Positions 18,746 to 28,944 of a DNA stretch of 64,000 bases are shown piece by piece; position 1 is the stretch's first letter, and the number at the start of each line of letters is the position of its first letter. Location: the IMG/VR virus record IMGVR_UViG_3300011442_000001, positions 28,948-92,947 of that record. The stretch is one strand, 5' to 3'. Source of the stretch: a virus (Duplodnaviria; Caudoviricetes). The notes below the pieces were generated by a model that saw only the letters and a list, made by a program, of their open reading frames with translations, had not been told where the DNA came from and did no database searches. Both the position numbers and the translations under genes were made by a program.

Positions 18746-19999
18746 CTATTCCTTTCCTACAATCTCAAATTTTGGTAGAGGAAAAACCAATTTCCCTCCC
18801 TCTTCCATATACTTTTTTATATGCTTTCTGGCTAGAAGATTATCTCTAAAGTGCCAAGGAAGTACCAATAGGTAATCTGGCTTCAATGCCAATGCTTCTG
18901 TTTCTGGAATGATAAAGATGTTTGAACCTATGGTCTTCAATCCCCACTTGTCTTTGTTTATTTCTGCGGCATAAGGAACAAGGTCTCTAGTAACTCCGCA
19001 TACTTGTAGTAAAGTATTTCCCTTTGTACTTGCTCCCAAAACTGTAACAGTTTTACCTAAAGATTTCATGGAAGAAAGAAAGCTATGTAAATTGAATATT
19101 GTTTCCTTTACACATTCACTGAGCTTTTCAAAGGAGTTCCTGTCTAGATATTCCCCTTCTCTTAGAAAGGAATTGAATACCGACTCTCTAATTCTATATC
19201 TACCTTCGTGGGATGCGGTTACTCTTACGCTTCCGCCATTCACATCATTGTAGGAGACATCAATAACATCCAGCCTGTGTGCTTTGAATAACTTGATAAC
19301 ATCAAATAACTTGTAGTACTCCAAATGCTCGTGGCAGATATTGTCAAATGCATTAATTTTTATCATGGATAAAAAGTCTGTGAACTGTATCACGAAAACT
19401 CCATCTTCATGAAGAATAGATACTACATCTCTGACAAACTTGTTAGGGTCTGGCAGGTCATAAAACATTGCTATTGCAGTGACTACTTTAGCTTTTGCAT
19501 TGGCCCATTCAGGGTGGTTGGGATGTTTATGATAAGTGTCCCACTGCTCTTTGGAGAAGTATTCTGGTATCCAAGTGGTTACGTTATTATCTTTTGGTCT
19601 TATATTCAGAGCAGGTTCAAATCCTACTTTATTAGCTACTTCTCTTGTATATAATCCCAACAGAGTTCCATCGTTGCATCCAATGTCTACGATAGTATCT
19701 TCTCGTTGTATAGGAACTCTTCTCTCTATCTCATCCACAATGTCCTTAAGGGATGAAACCATACTGGCATTTAGGGAAGAAGAGTACCAGTATTGTCTGT
19801 ACATCTGGTCTAGTTCCACTGTGTACTTCAGTTGTACAAGTCCACAATGTTGACATTCCACCAGAGTTAGTGGAACCTTTTCCTGTAATGAGATACTGGT
19901 TAGATTGTCAATAAAAGCAGAAGGGAATATATTACCCAGTGCTAAAACTTCCTTCAGAGTTGTGCCTCTGCAAATCCTACATTCTTTTAATTCTTCCAT
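18746..19999 (-). CDS. NDP-sugar C-methyltransferase
   Basis: CxxC..CxxC Zn domain, DIGCNDG, FDNICHEH.EY, GASTKG, LPWHF. Confidence 0.9.
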   Translation of the reverse strand: MEELKECRICRGTTLKEVLALGNIFPSAFIDNLTSISLQEKVPLTLVECQHCGLVQLKYTVELDQMYRQYWYSSSLNASMVSSLKDIVDEIERRVPIQREDTIVDIGCNDGTLLGLYTREVANKVGFEPALNIRPKDNNVTTWIPEYFSKEQWDTYHKHPNHPEWANAKAKVVTAIAMFYDLPDPNKFVRDVVSILHEDGVFVIQFTDFLSMIKINAFDNICHEHLEYYKLFDVIKLFKAHRLDVIDVSYNDVNGGSVRVTASHEGRYRIRESVFNSFLREGEYLDRNSFEKLSECVKETIFNLHSFLSSMKSLGKTVTVLGASTKGNTLLQVCGVTRDLVPYAAEINKDKWGLKTIGSNIFIIPETEALALKPDYLLVLPWHFRDNLLARKHIKKYMEEGGKLVFPLPKFEIVGKE

Positions 20000-20014
20000 T
20001 TTCCTGTACCTTTC

Positions 20015-20743
20015 TTAAAGCATCGATTCCGGTGTAACAGTTTTACTATTGGTTCCTCTGTTCTTCAGAAGTTCCTTTGTTCCCACGATAACCTTTTCCC
20101 CACATTTTGAACCATCAGGCATTGTTCTTCCACAGATAAGATGAATTTTGTTTCTGTCTTCCTGTGGGAAAGTTGTCCAGAAAGTTCCTAGTAGCATGTC
20201 ACATTTAGGGCAGAATATATAGGACATCTTGGATTCGTAGAACTTCTTGCCCTTAGCTTGTAGGTCAGCTAGATATGCTATTGTAGATGCTTCTCTATCA
20301 GACTTTCTAACCTTACGAGTAATGTTCAAATCCTGTTGGAACTTACTTATGTCTGCTCTAAGGTCTGACATTACCTTGTGTATTTTTTCCACAGAGAAGA
20401 TTGAAGATTCTGTAATACCCTCTGCTCTTTTTCTGAAGATATACTGTTCGTAGTCTTCCAGAGTAATCTGAGCCTGTATCAAGGCTCTTAGAGTATCCAT
20501 GTCATTTATTTTCATATCTGACAGGTCGTAGTCATTCTCAAACTCGTCGAGCTTCTTACTAATTCTGCTCTCAAAGGCTGTAGACTGCTCAATACCTAAA
20601 TTCTTTTTATCTAAAATTTCCTCAAACTCTCGGTCAGAAAGGTTTTTATATTGAGCAAGGTTACGCATTCTGCTCTGCTTCCCAGTACGTTTCTTCTGCC
20701 TTGTCTGCCCGTCGTCTAGAATTATTTCATCATTTTCATCCAT
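20015..20743 (-). CDS. Possible terminase small subunit / coiled-coil Zn-ribbon protein
   Basis: Helical region plus CPKC..C..C; first gene of the packaging operon; likely start MDEND. Confidence 0.4.
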   Translation of the reverse strand: MDENDEIILDDGQTRQKKRTGKQSRMRNLAQYKNLSDREFEEILDKKNLGIEQSTAFESRISKKLDEFENDYDLSDMKINDMDTLRALIQAQITLEDYEQYIFRKRAEGITESSIFSVEKIHKVMSDLRADISKFQQDLNITRKVRKSDREASTIAYLADLQAKGKKFYESKMSYIFCPKCDMLLGTFWTTFPQEDRNKIHLICGRTMPDGSKCGEKVIVGTKELLKNRGTNSKTVTPESML

Positions 20744-20819
20744 AAATTCTCTTCCTTTCCTAGTTTCTAAGGATAATTGTACCATATTTCCCCATTTTGA
20801 GGTGTAAATTAAAATAAAA

Positions 20820-20846
20820 AAGGACAGAAATCAAATTTCTGTCCTA
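20820..20846 (-). terminator. Intrinsic terminator
   Basis: AGGACAGAAAT-caa-ATTTCTGTCCT followed by a T-run on the minus strand. Confidence 0.7.
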
Positions 20847-20873
20847 ATTTGTTGCTTAGAATCTATTTAGTTA

Positions 20874-21185
20874 TTACTTGCTGGCATAATACTTTTGCGA
20901 AAATGCCTTGAAAGACTTGTACCCTATTACATAAAGTCCCGAAGATACTAATGCTCCAAGGATTGCTACAAGTAGTGCCTTTGCCCAAGAAATCCAGTCT
21001 GTAGGAAGGTTATACCCATCTACTCCTAGTATAGCCAAGAGCAAAACTGCAACAGCATTCGCTAATACTAGCAAAGCCGCCAAGACTTTTGGTGGAAACT
21101 CAAAGTTAGGATTGCCTGTTGCTTTGGCAACCAACTGCTTCAAGCCCTCTACCAAAAATACTGAGAGTGCCGCTGACGTAATCAT
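20874..21185 (-). CDS. Holin-like membrane protein
   Basis: 103 aa, three hydrophobic segments, basic C-terminus. Confidence 0.5.
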   Translation of the reverse strand: MITSAALSVFLVEGLKQLVAKATGNPNFEFPPKVLAALLVLANAVAVLLLAILGVDGYNLPTDWISWAKALLVAILGALVSSGLYVIGYKSFKAFSQKYYASK

Positions 21186-21198
21186 TTGTTATTTCTCC

Positions 21199-21795
21199 TT
21201 ATTCTAGAATAAATTGTTTAGCGATTGCATCTAGAACTGTATCTAACTTGCTCGCTAATAAGTCGTTTTCAGATTCTCTGTTACGGACGGAGAAGTGGTA
21301 CATTCCTATCTCTTCCAAGTCCAACTTTTCAATCATTGTTTCAGGAAGACTATTCTCTGAAACATCTTTAGCAAGGCTACCGCCTAAGCCTCCCCTGTCT
21401 ATCATTCTAATCGTTACAACTTCTAGTAAAGGGTTGGATGTGAGATATTTTGATTCGTTCTCAAATCTCCAGTCATCTACTACCACAAAGTTGAAGGGCA
21501 GTAATCCTGCTTGTTTATCCATCTGTTGAAGCAAGTGCCTTACCCAAATATTAATGTCATACTCTCTTCCCACTTTTCCGACATCCTGCAAAAGCTTCCT
21601 ACCTCTATCATCCTTTTCTCCGTCCCATCCAAAGTAGGCTTTAGCCATAAACTTTATAGGGCTAGCTAGAGAATACCTAAAGGTAGTAATCCCCTCAAAA
21701 CCGTCCAATCTTGTTTTTAGCATATTAGCGACAGTGGTTTTCCCGCTACCTGCTTTCCCGCTAATCAGTATTACTACTGTTTTTCTCGTTCTCAT
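21199..21795 (-). CDS. dNMP kinase
   Basis: SGKAGSGKTT, R.LLQ.VG..GR, DDWRFENE, SEN. Confidence 0.85.
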   Translation of the reverse strand: MRTRKTVVILISGKAGSGKTTVANMLKTRLDGFEGITTFRYSLASPIKFMAKAYFGWDGEKDDRGRKLLQDVGKVGREYDINIWVRHLLQQMDKQAGLLPFNFVVVDDWRFENESKYLTSNPLLEVVTIRMIDRGGLGGSLAKDVSENSLPETMIEKLDLEEIGMYHFSVRNRESENDLLASKLDTVLDAIAKQFILE

Positions 21796-21956
21796 TTCCT
21801 AATCCTATTCTGGCTGATATAGCTGATATATCTTCCGCCTGTAAAAATCCTATTTCCAACAATTTGTAAAGCAAGGAAAGATAGCCTTGTTTGTCTATGA
21901 TAAAAGAGTCTGGAGCGGCTATAAACAAATGCCCGTCCCGTTGCTTTATCACGACA

Positions 21957-22262
21957 CTATTGAGTAAGGGTATTTGTGTTATCAGCACCGTTGTCATTCT
22001 TAGCCTTTCGAGCGACAATCAGACTACGGAAACCCTTGTCATACGCTTCCTCTCTTAGCTGAGTAAGAGCAGAAACCATAGCTGTCTCATGGGCATTATC
22101 AAAATCAGAACTAATGCTCTTGGTTTCAATGGTCTCCTCTTCCGTAGTCCCATCATCGAAGTAGTTAGTTTCTATCATAAGAACAGTTACAGTCCAAAAA
22201 CCACCTTCGTCCACTGTCCCTTTATTATCGTTTACAAATCCTTTGCCAATCAATTTAGCCAT
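21957..22262 (-). CDS. Hypothetical protein
   Basis: 101-aa ORF with AGGAG RBS. Confidence 0.55.
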   Translation of the reverse strand: MAKLIGKGFVNDNKGTVDEGGFWTVTVLMIETNYFDDGTTEEETIETKSISSDFDNAHETAMVSALTQLREEAYDKGFRSLIVARKAKNDNGADNTNTLTQ

Positions 22263-22272
22263 TCTTACTCCT

Positions 22273-23170
22273 TTATTTTACAGGCAAACTTACTACCAGA
22301 TTTGGGTTGGTTTTCTTTGTGATGATAGAAGTTCTGCCTCTACCATAAGCACCGCACTGACACACAAATAATGGAAACTTACTTACTCCCGTATAGTGGA
22401 ATTTATTATCCAACCAAGTAATATTTGAACTACCACAATTTGGACAAACAGTTTCATTAGAGTCAATGTATAGTCCAATATTAGGATGATTTCTAATCCA
22501 AGGTCTAAGTTTTAAATAAACATTTTCCAAAAGAATAGTATCACCAATATTGTATTCTTGCATGTAGGTTAATGCTTTTTCTTCTCCTCTGACGCAACGT
22601 TTCCATAATTCTATATCAGTATCCTTCTTAGCTTCAAATCCAAAAATTCTTGCTAGGGCGTTTAGATTATTGTGTGTAAATCCAAACTGTTGTCTAGCTA
22701 CAAGAAGAGTATCAATAGTTTTATATGGACTTGGGGGTGGAAGATTATTCACAATAAATCTTGTGTTCATGTTTGGAATATCAAATCCATCTCCGTTGTG
22801 GGCAATAGCTATGTCACATTCATCCAGTAACTTCCAGAAATCTTTTGTAATTCTGGAGTCGTCTTCTTGAATGGCTTCCTTTCCGGTAAGCCTGGCTGTC
22901 ATGACATTTCCATCGTACAGCCATTTGGCACTCCAAGTTAGCATGAACCATTCTGAAATAACTTGTTCTTCTGTAATGTTAGCTCTCCAAATACTCTTCT
23001 GAAATACATAAGCACTTAATGGGGCTGTTTCAATATCAAAGAGCAAAACCTTTGGGAACTTTCTCAGAACGGCGTCATCCCCTTGCAGAAACTTCAAGTA
23101 ACATGAAGGATGTGACAATGCTGTGTGCCTGTGCTTGCACCTAAAGTTGATAATATTGGTCTTGGTCATT
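22273..23170 (-). CDS. DnaQ/RNase H-like 3'-5' exonuclease with Zn ribbon
   Basis: DIET, HNG..FD, YN..D motifs; CPNC..CQC; likely start MTKTN. Confidence 0.85.
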
Positions 23171-23611
23171 AATGGTTTCCTTATCTTTAGTAGTAGGTAG
23201 GTAATGGTTCTTCGGGACTTTCTTAGCAAGCTTGTGTCTAAATCTGCTCTTTATATAGTTTAGCAAAATATCTACCTGCTCATCGTTTAGTTTATATTTG
23301 GTTTTCATATAGTCTAGATAGCCGTCATCTGTAAAATAGTCGCCCATGTAAAAGGCAACCCTATCACATATAGCTGTAAACTTTTTGTACAATGCTTTCC
23401 TTTGATTTACTGGGCGCTCGTCAAATCTTCCTATGTCTCCTGCCATCTCACTAATTACTTCCAAGTCTTTATCTGATAGAAATCCCCTTTCTCTTAGCTC
23501 CTTTATAGCTTTTTCCACCAGAATAAGGTCATTGTATTCATCGCTATCTATATCCAGTGTTTCCCTGATATAGTTCTTTTTATTCAGCAAGGATTGAATT
23601 ATCCAAGACAT
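23141..23611 (-). CDS. Hypothetical protein
   Basis: 156-aa ORF coupled to its neighbours. Confidence 0.55.
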   Translation of the reverse strand: MSWIIQSLLNKKNYIRETLDIDSDEYNDLILVEKAIKELRERGFLSDKDLEVISEMAGDIGRFDERPVNQRKALYKKFTAICDRVAFYMGDYFTDDGYLDYMKTKYKLNDEQVDILLNYIKSRFRHKLAKKVPKNHYLPTTKDKETINDQDQYYQL

Positions 23612-24299
23612 TTCTCTCTTCTCCTCTGCTTCCCTGCAAACATCCAGTCTTCCAAGGACATCTAAAACATGAGTGATTGAACATTCCTAATCTTTCATAT
23701 TCATCATGCCTTACTGCTTTTATCATTCTGGGTATTATCTTCTCGAACACTTCCCTTACGTAGAAGTCGTTTCTAACGAACGGGATAAGCTGACCTGTGG
23801 AAAGTCCTGCCACACAAAGACTTGCTGGATGGTTTCCAAAAATCCTTTTAAATGCCCAGTCATAAATAATACACTGAATATCATTATCCAATCTTGAAGG
23901 AAGCTTTGCAGAGGATTTCCAATCAAGTACATTGCCTCTGTAAATTCTATCTATCTTTCCGACAATAAAAACATCGTCATACAAGGGTATCTTGAAATTG
24001 TACTCAATCAGGTCTTTCTCTCCAAGCAGTCCTGCAAAGTTCAGGAAGAATATATCAAGCATAAAGGATAAGTTGGTAGCGTCTGCTTTTCTCAAATCCC
24101 TAACCTTGACCTCATTGTCCAGAATGCTCTTTGCCTTTTCCCTGTTGTTCCATCCCTTCTCAATAACATAATGTATAACTTCCCCCGCAACCATATCCTT
24201 AGATACTTCTGCGGGAACAGTTTTCTTGAAGCGATATAATACCTTTTGTGGACAACGAACAAAATCATTTATTGAACTGGCCGATAAATAAATAGGCAT
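23580..24299 (-). CDS. PD-(D/E)XK Cas4/RecB-like exonuclease
   Basis: LS.SS..F..CP, G..IH, GKIDR..DWK, Q..Y, C..CPW..C. Confidence 0.85.
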   Translation of the reverse strand: MPIYLSASSINDFVRCPQKVLYRFKKTVPAEVSKDMVAGEVIHYVIEKGWNNREKAKSILDNEVKVRDLRKADATNLSFMLDIFFLNFAGLLGEKDLIEYNFKIPLYDDVFIVGKIDRIYRGNVLDWKSSAKLPSRLDNDIQCIIYDWAFKRIFGNHPASLCVAGLSTGQLIPFVRNDFYVREVFEKIIPRMIKAVRHDEYERLGMFNHSCFRCPWKTGCLQGSRGEERNVLDNSILAE

Positions 24300-24670
24300 T
24301 ATGCCAACACTCTTTCCTGATATACCAAAGTCTTGAACATGTCGTGCATCTGCTTATAGACTTCGAACTGATTTCTTTTCAGTTCTAGGGAAGCCTGTAT
24401 CTCCGCCAGTTCGTCCCTTACTAATACTAGTCTTCCGTCCAATCCTCCAAACTTGAAAGCATTCTCATAATAGGAGACCGCTACAGGTTTTCCGTTTACA
24501 AAGAAATGCTCATCGGTCATAACCTGCCGAAAAGATTCACCCTCTTTTGCTTTTATACTATTCTCCAGCTTCATCTTTGCAACTGAGAGTTTCTTTATTT
24601 CCTCTGCCAAGTTCATGAAGTCTTCAAAGGAAGGCATGGCTTCCATTATTCTTTGAGAATTAGTCTGCAT
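24299..24670 (-). CDS. Coiled-coil protein, possibly a UvsY-like recombination mediator
   Basis: 123 aa all-helical; recombination context. Confidence 0.35.
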   Translation of the reverse strand: MQTNSQRIMEAMPSFEDFMNLAEEIKKLSVAKMKLENSIKAKEGESFRQVMTDEHFFVNGKPVAVSYYENAFKFGGLDGRLVLVRDELAEIQASLELKRNQFEVYKQMHDMFKTLVYQERVLA

Positions 24671-25049
24671 AATCTACTCCTCCATGAATGACAATATATA
24701 TTCTATCTTCGTAGCGAACCTTGGTTCCGGTAAAACCTCCAAACAAACTGACATATTTATCAGACCATACTTTTTCATTAGCTTCAAGTACAATCACTCC
24801 TCCTGTGGAAAGAACAGAAAAAGCATAAAGAAAGTTCTCCCAATTATACCCACTAGGAATAACTACATAATCATATTGTAGCACGAGCTTTGTTCTTTTG
24901 TTTGTTACAAGAAATTTTCTTTCTTTCAGTTCTTGGAACAGTTCTTCTGCTAGGGTGCTGGTCTCTGTCATTACGAATCCCACCGACTCCTTTTGCAGAA
25001 TAGAGTTATGTCTCAAGATGGAAATTACATCATCTTTAAATCCACTCAT
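24660..25049 (-). CDS. Hypothetical protein
   Basis: Overlapping start/stop within the operon. Confidence 0.55.
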   Translation of the reverse strand: MSGFKDDVISILRHNSILQKESVGFVMTETSTLAEELFQELKERKFLVTNKRTKLVLQYDYVVIPSGYNWENFLYAFSVLSTGGVIVLEANEKVWSDKYVSLFGGFTGTKVRYEDRIYIVIHGGVDYAD

Positions 25050-25437
25050 TTTGTATCCTTTCTTCTATATCACTATAGGTGTCACATATTTTGAAAAGCT
25101 TTTCAGGCTTTAGTATACTTCCCAACTCAACAGATGTATCCGATAAAAAGCTGGTAAGATGTTCTACTGAAGACCTGATTCCGTTGTAGGAATTGTAAAC
25201 TCTATAAGGGTTTATAGGCAGGTCATTAACAAATCCGTCGAATTCAAATACATCATTTATAACTCTAACTACTTCTTCCGAGGGAAGTTCCAAGAACTTT
25301 ACGATGTTGTCATTACACGCTCCGGCAACACACAAGGATAGAATATCCAGATTGGCATACATCTCCACCAGCCAACCATCAATTCCAAACCGCTCCTTAT
25401 AAAAGTCTTTGATTATTTCCCAATCGGTATTAGTCAT
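25036..25437 (-). CDS. Hypothetical protein
   Basis: Overlapping start/stop within the operon. Confidence 0.55.
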   Translation of the reverse strand: MTNTDWEIIKDFYKERFGIDGWLVEMYANLDILSLCVAGACNDNIVKFLELPSEEVVRVINDVFEFDGFVNDLPINPYRVYNSYNGIRSSVEHLTSFLSDTSVELGSILKPEKLFKICDTYSDIEERIQNEWI

Positions 25438-25853
25438 TTTGTCTTATCCAATTCTTTCTGTAAATCGGTTATATGGTTTATAATTGTCGAGAATGTTTCT
25501 ACGTCCAAGGCTACGAATATCTTCACACCTTCTCTAGAACCTGAGAACTTTCCCATCAACATAGGTATGGAGAATGTTCCTTCTGCTTCCATCTTTACCT
25601 TATCCAGCCATTCCTTTTTTAGGGCAAATTGTGTAGCTCCTCCATATCCTACCTTACATTCTACTTTGAATTTTCTAGGAATAGACTTAACCACTCCAAC
25701 AATATCAGAAGTCAACATAGGCTCACCTAAAGTTGTTCCTATCGCACCACTGCCCGGAATCCTTTTCCATAGGCTATTTTCGATTAAAAGGTTAAGGGTT
25801 TCTGTGGCTAGTCTTTCAAAATCATCCCCTTTACGTTTTTGCGGATTACTCAT
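25434..25853 (-). CDS. Holliday junction resolvase (Hjc-like PD-(D/E)XK)
   Basis: KRKG..FER, R.PGSGA, D, ECK. Confidence 0.8.
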   Translation of the reverse strand: MSNPQKRKGDDFERLATETLNLLIENSLWKRIPGSGAIGTTLGEPMLTSDIVGVVKSIPRKFKVECKVGYGGATQFALKKEWLDKVKMEAEGTFSIPMLMGKFSGSREGVKIFVALDVETFSTIINHITDLQKELDKTK

Positions 25854-26073
25854 TTATTATTTCACCTTTTATCTTTTCCATAGCCTTTTGTATTTTCATA
25901 GAGTCTTCATGTCTCTTTCTATCCTGTATAATGATAAACAGAGTATAGGCACAGGCTACCCCCAATCCTCTCCACAAGTCTCCTATGAATAGTATTGCTC
26001 CGCAAGCTACACAGGAAAAGAGTACTATGAAGTACATCCAGTTAATTAGTTCCTCAATAAAATGTTTTATCAT
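25846..26073 (-). CDS. Small membrane protein
   Basis: Two hydrophobic segments. Confidence 0.55.
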   Translation of the reverse strand: MIKHFIEELINWMYFIVLFSCVACGAILFIGDLWRGLGVACAYTLFIIIQDRKRHEDSMKIQKAMEKIKGEIINE

Positions 26074-27362
26074 GCCTCTCCTATCCTGTAGCTTGGGCCA
26101 TCAAAACTCAATGGTACTGTTCCTGATGGGCCGTTTCTATGCTTAAGAACTATGAACTCCATCTTGTTCTTGTGCTTTGTTTCCTTGTTATAATGCTCGT
26201 CTCTGTAGAGTCCTACAGCAAAATCTGGGTCTTCTTCCAGTGCGCCTGACATCTTGAAGTCTGACATCAAAGGTCTTTTATCTTCTCTGGATTCCAGATT
26301 TCTATTTAGCTGAGAAAGAAGTACAAAACAAATTCCAAGATTATTTGACATCAGTTTTGCCAGTCTGCTCAGTCTACCAATAGCCTGTGTCTGTTGTTCG
26401 TCTCTATCTGTAGCTATCTGAATGTAATCCAGATAAACTATTTCTATTCCATGCTTTGTTCTAAACTTATTGATTGTACCCTCTATATAGGAAGGGTCAT
26501 TGCACATGAAGTTTGTATCCAGATATATGGGTAGCTTGCTTATCTTCTGGAATGAATCATAAATCTGTTTAGTCTGTCTGTTATCCAGAACTCCCAAACG
26601 TATGTCTGTATTAGGAATTCCTGTATCTATGGAAACAAGTCTTTCCAGAAGTTCCTGATTTCTCATTTCACGCTCTATCAAGAGCGAAGGAACTCCAGCC
26701 AGTCCATCCTGTAAAACCGAGTTACAAACCAGAGCAGTCTTTCCCATTCCCGGTCTTCCACCGATTACCCACAAATCTCCAGAGCATTTTCCTCCTGTTG
26801 CTTTATCGAGAATAGGAATGCCCCACGTTGTTCCTCTAATTCCTGGGTTGTTCTTTCTTTCTAGAATTGTTTGATAGGCATCCTTTACTAAGTCTCCAAC
26901 ATGGAATACGTTCTCCAAGTTACGGGCTTCCAGCAAGGAGTCCAAACTCTTTCTGGTTGACATTATCATTTCATCAATATTGGATGCATTAATCTTGTCT
27001 TTTTCTACCCCAGAAGTCAAAGATATATAACTTCTAGCTTTATAAGATGTTACTACTATGCTGACAAATTCTGTGAAAGACTCCACGGCCACGTTCTTCG
27101 AAAGAAGGAATTCTATCTGCCTTTCTCCTCCGATGTCGTCCAGAATATTTTTTGATTTCATGCTCTGTACTACTAGAGTTGGGTCTGGTACTAGGTTCTT
27201 TTCCTTTAGTTCTACCATCTCCTTGAAGAGGATTTGATTGGGCTTGGAAGAAAACATCCACTCCTGTAGTCCATTAATTGAGTCTATCATAGCAGGATGT
27301 TGTAAAAGTGTAGACAGCACCACCAGTTCGGCGTCCATAGAAAATAGCTTGTTATCAGACAT
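26070..27362 (-). CDS. dnaB: Replicative DNA helicase
   Basis: GGRPGMGKT, DYIQ, LSQLNR, SGALEED.D, KHRNG. Confidence 0.95.
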   Translation of the reverse strand: MSDNKLFSMDAELVVLSTLLQHPAMIDSINGLQEWMFSSKPNQILFKEMVELKEKNLVPDPTLVVQSMKSKNILDDIGGERQIEFLLSKNVAVESFTEFVSIVVTSYKARSYISLTSGVEKDKINASNIDEMIMSTRKSLDSLLEARNLENVFHVGDLVKDAYQTILERKNNPGIRGTTWGIPILDKATGGKCSGDLWVIGGRPGMGKTALVCNSVLQDGLAGVPSLLIEREMRNQELLERLVSIDTGIPNTDIRLGVLDNRQTKQIYDSFQKISKLPIYLDTNFMCNDPSYIEGTINKFRTKHGIEIVYLDYIQIATDRDEQQTQAIGRLSRLAKLMSNNLGICFVLLSQLNRNLESREDKRPLMSDFKMSGALEEDPDFAVGLYRDEHYNKETKHKNKMEFIVLKHRNGPSGTVPLSFDGPSYRIGEA

Positions 27363-27750
27363 TTTTATCTAATCCTTCCGGTGACGGTGCATCTTTATGT
27401 TTTTCTTTTTTTACTCTCTCTATATCCCTGTCTATGCCGTTCACATAAGATAGAAGAGATTCTCTTGCTTGCATTACAGAGTCATCGTACTCTTTTTCAA
27501 ACCTTCCAAGACAAATTGCGTAGAGAAGCGGTGAAGGTTCCTCCACCTTTTCAGGATAAGTTCCTGACATTTTCAGGATGGAGTAGAATACGTTGAACCT
27601 TCCGAAAGCTTTTACAAGCCTATTGCACATCATTGTTTCAGATTTGGTAGGAATTATGTTATATAATGAACAATAGAACTCTGCCAGAATCTTACCCGGA
27701 GTTTCAGTTTCCTTTAGCTTTATTAGGTAGTATTCTGAATTATTTTCCAT
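27355..27750 (-). CDS. Hypothetical protein (possible helicase loader)
   Basis: Directly upstream of dnaB. Confidence 0.4.
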   Translation of the reverse strand: MENNSEYYLIKLKETETPGKILAEFYCSLYNIIPTKSETMMCNRLVKAFGRFNVFYSILKMSGTYPEKVEEPSPLLYAICLGRFEKEYDDSVMQARESLLSYVNGIDRDIERVKKEKHKDAPSPEGLDKNV

Positions 27751-27785
27751 AAGTATAGGGGAGGATTTCTCCTCCCCTCCTTTCC

Positions 27786-28601
27786 TTAGAAGTTGAATAG
27801 TGATTGTGCGGCGTCGTCAATATCCTGAGCGGGGTTGTCTGTCAACTCCATATCAGAATTGAAGATAGCAGTCTTAGCATCGGTCTTGGCCTTTCTAATT
27901 GCGAAGACATCCTTCAAAGAATGCCCATTGAATACCTCAAGCATCTCTTCCGGTTCCAGCTTGATTGTAGCCTTTTCAAGGTCATACAATTCCTGCCCTT
28001 CCTTCAATTCAATCAAACCAGCCTTATTAGGAAAGTATCTTGGAGTAGGAGTAGTAACCTTATCACGCTTGACTCCACGAACCAAAATCATCCAATCGTA
28101 AGAACGGATGTCTACTCTTTTGTCGTCTTCGTCACGAACGCTGTTTGAAATAACCTTCAAATCTGTGAATAATCTCTCGCTTCCAGATAGAACTTTAACT
28201 TCATCCAGTGGACGAACAGTTCCCAAAGCAGTTCCGCAACCTGAGCAAACTTCTCCCTGTGCTTTGTTTACTGTCTGGCACTTCTCGCAAACCTTTACAG
28301 GAGTGCGGTCTAGGACGTTGATGTAGTATCTGTCTCTGCGTGGATACCAGCCCTTTACATCACGGAAATCCTCTGGATGTTCGTACATAATTTTCTTGTT
28401 GTTCTGACATAGTGGGCATTCATCACCCAAACATGCTAGATACATGAAGTTGATGTAGTGGATATAGTGCTTCACTTCATGGCCGTCCAGAATGCGAACA
28501 ACATGCTCTCCTTCGTCCAGTGTTAGAAATTCTGTCTTTCTAAACTTTGAGGACTGACGTTCTTTCTTATCTTCAATAAAATTGCCAAATTCGTCGGACA
28601 T
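27786..28601 (-). CDS. Single-stranded DNA-binding protein (gp32-like)
   Basis: VRIL, C..CPLC, YYINVLDR, acidic C-terminal tail. Confidence 0.7.
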   Translation of the reverse strand: MSDEFGNFIEDKKERQSSKFRKTEFLTLDEGEHVVRILDGHEVKHYIHYINFMYLACLGDECPLCQNNKKIMYEHPEDFRDVKGWYPRRDRYYINVLDRTPVKVCEKCQTVNKAQGEVCSGCGTALGTVRPLDEVKVLSGSERLFTDLKVISNSVRDEDDKRVDIRSYDWMILVRGVKRDKVTTPTPRYFPNKAGLIELKEGQELYDLEKATIKLEPEEMLEVFNGHSLKDVFAIRKAKTDAKTAIFNSDMELTDNPAQDIDDAAQSLFNF

Positions 28602-28602
28602 G

Positions 28603-28944
28603 TTATATGGTCTCCTTTTCTGTGGGTTCTACTTCTATGGCAGGTTTCTTAGATGGAGTGTAGATTGCTTCCATCTCTGCCTTTAGTTCCTGCATGGTCT
28701 GAGTTCTTTCTAGTTCCAAATGTTCGATAACATCCTTTACCTTACTTGTTATCATGGAATCAATCAGTTCATAATAGTGACGATAAGAAATCTCGATTGA
28801 TAAATACATGTTCATGTACATCAATCCAATTACCTTTTCGTTCCTAGCGACCTCTTCAGGGATGTCTGTAATTGCGCTACTGAACTTTATGTTTTTGAAA
28901 TCCCCCAATGAGTACAGTCTTTCGGCATATAGTGTTCTCTGCAT
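28603..28944 (-). CDS. Hypothetical protein
   Basis: 113-aa ORF with GGAGG RBS. Confidence 0.55.
   Translation of the reverse strand: MQRTLYAERLYSLGDFKNIKFSSAITDIPEEVARNEKVIGLMYMNMYLSIEISYRHYYELIDSMITSKVKDVIEHLELERTQTMQELKAEMEAIYTPSKKPAIEVEPTEKETI

Noticed and set aside
23580-24299. Cas4-like gene as evidence of a CRISPR-Cas system
   Set aside because: No other cas genes or array; stand-alone Cas4-like nucleases are common in phage recombination modules
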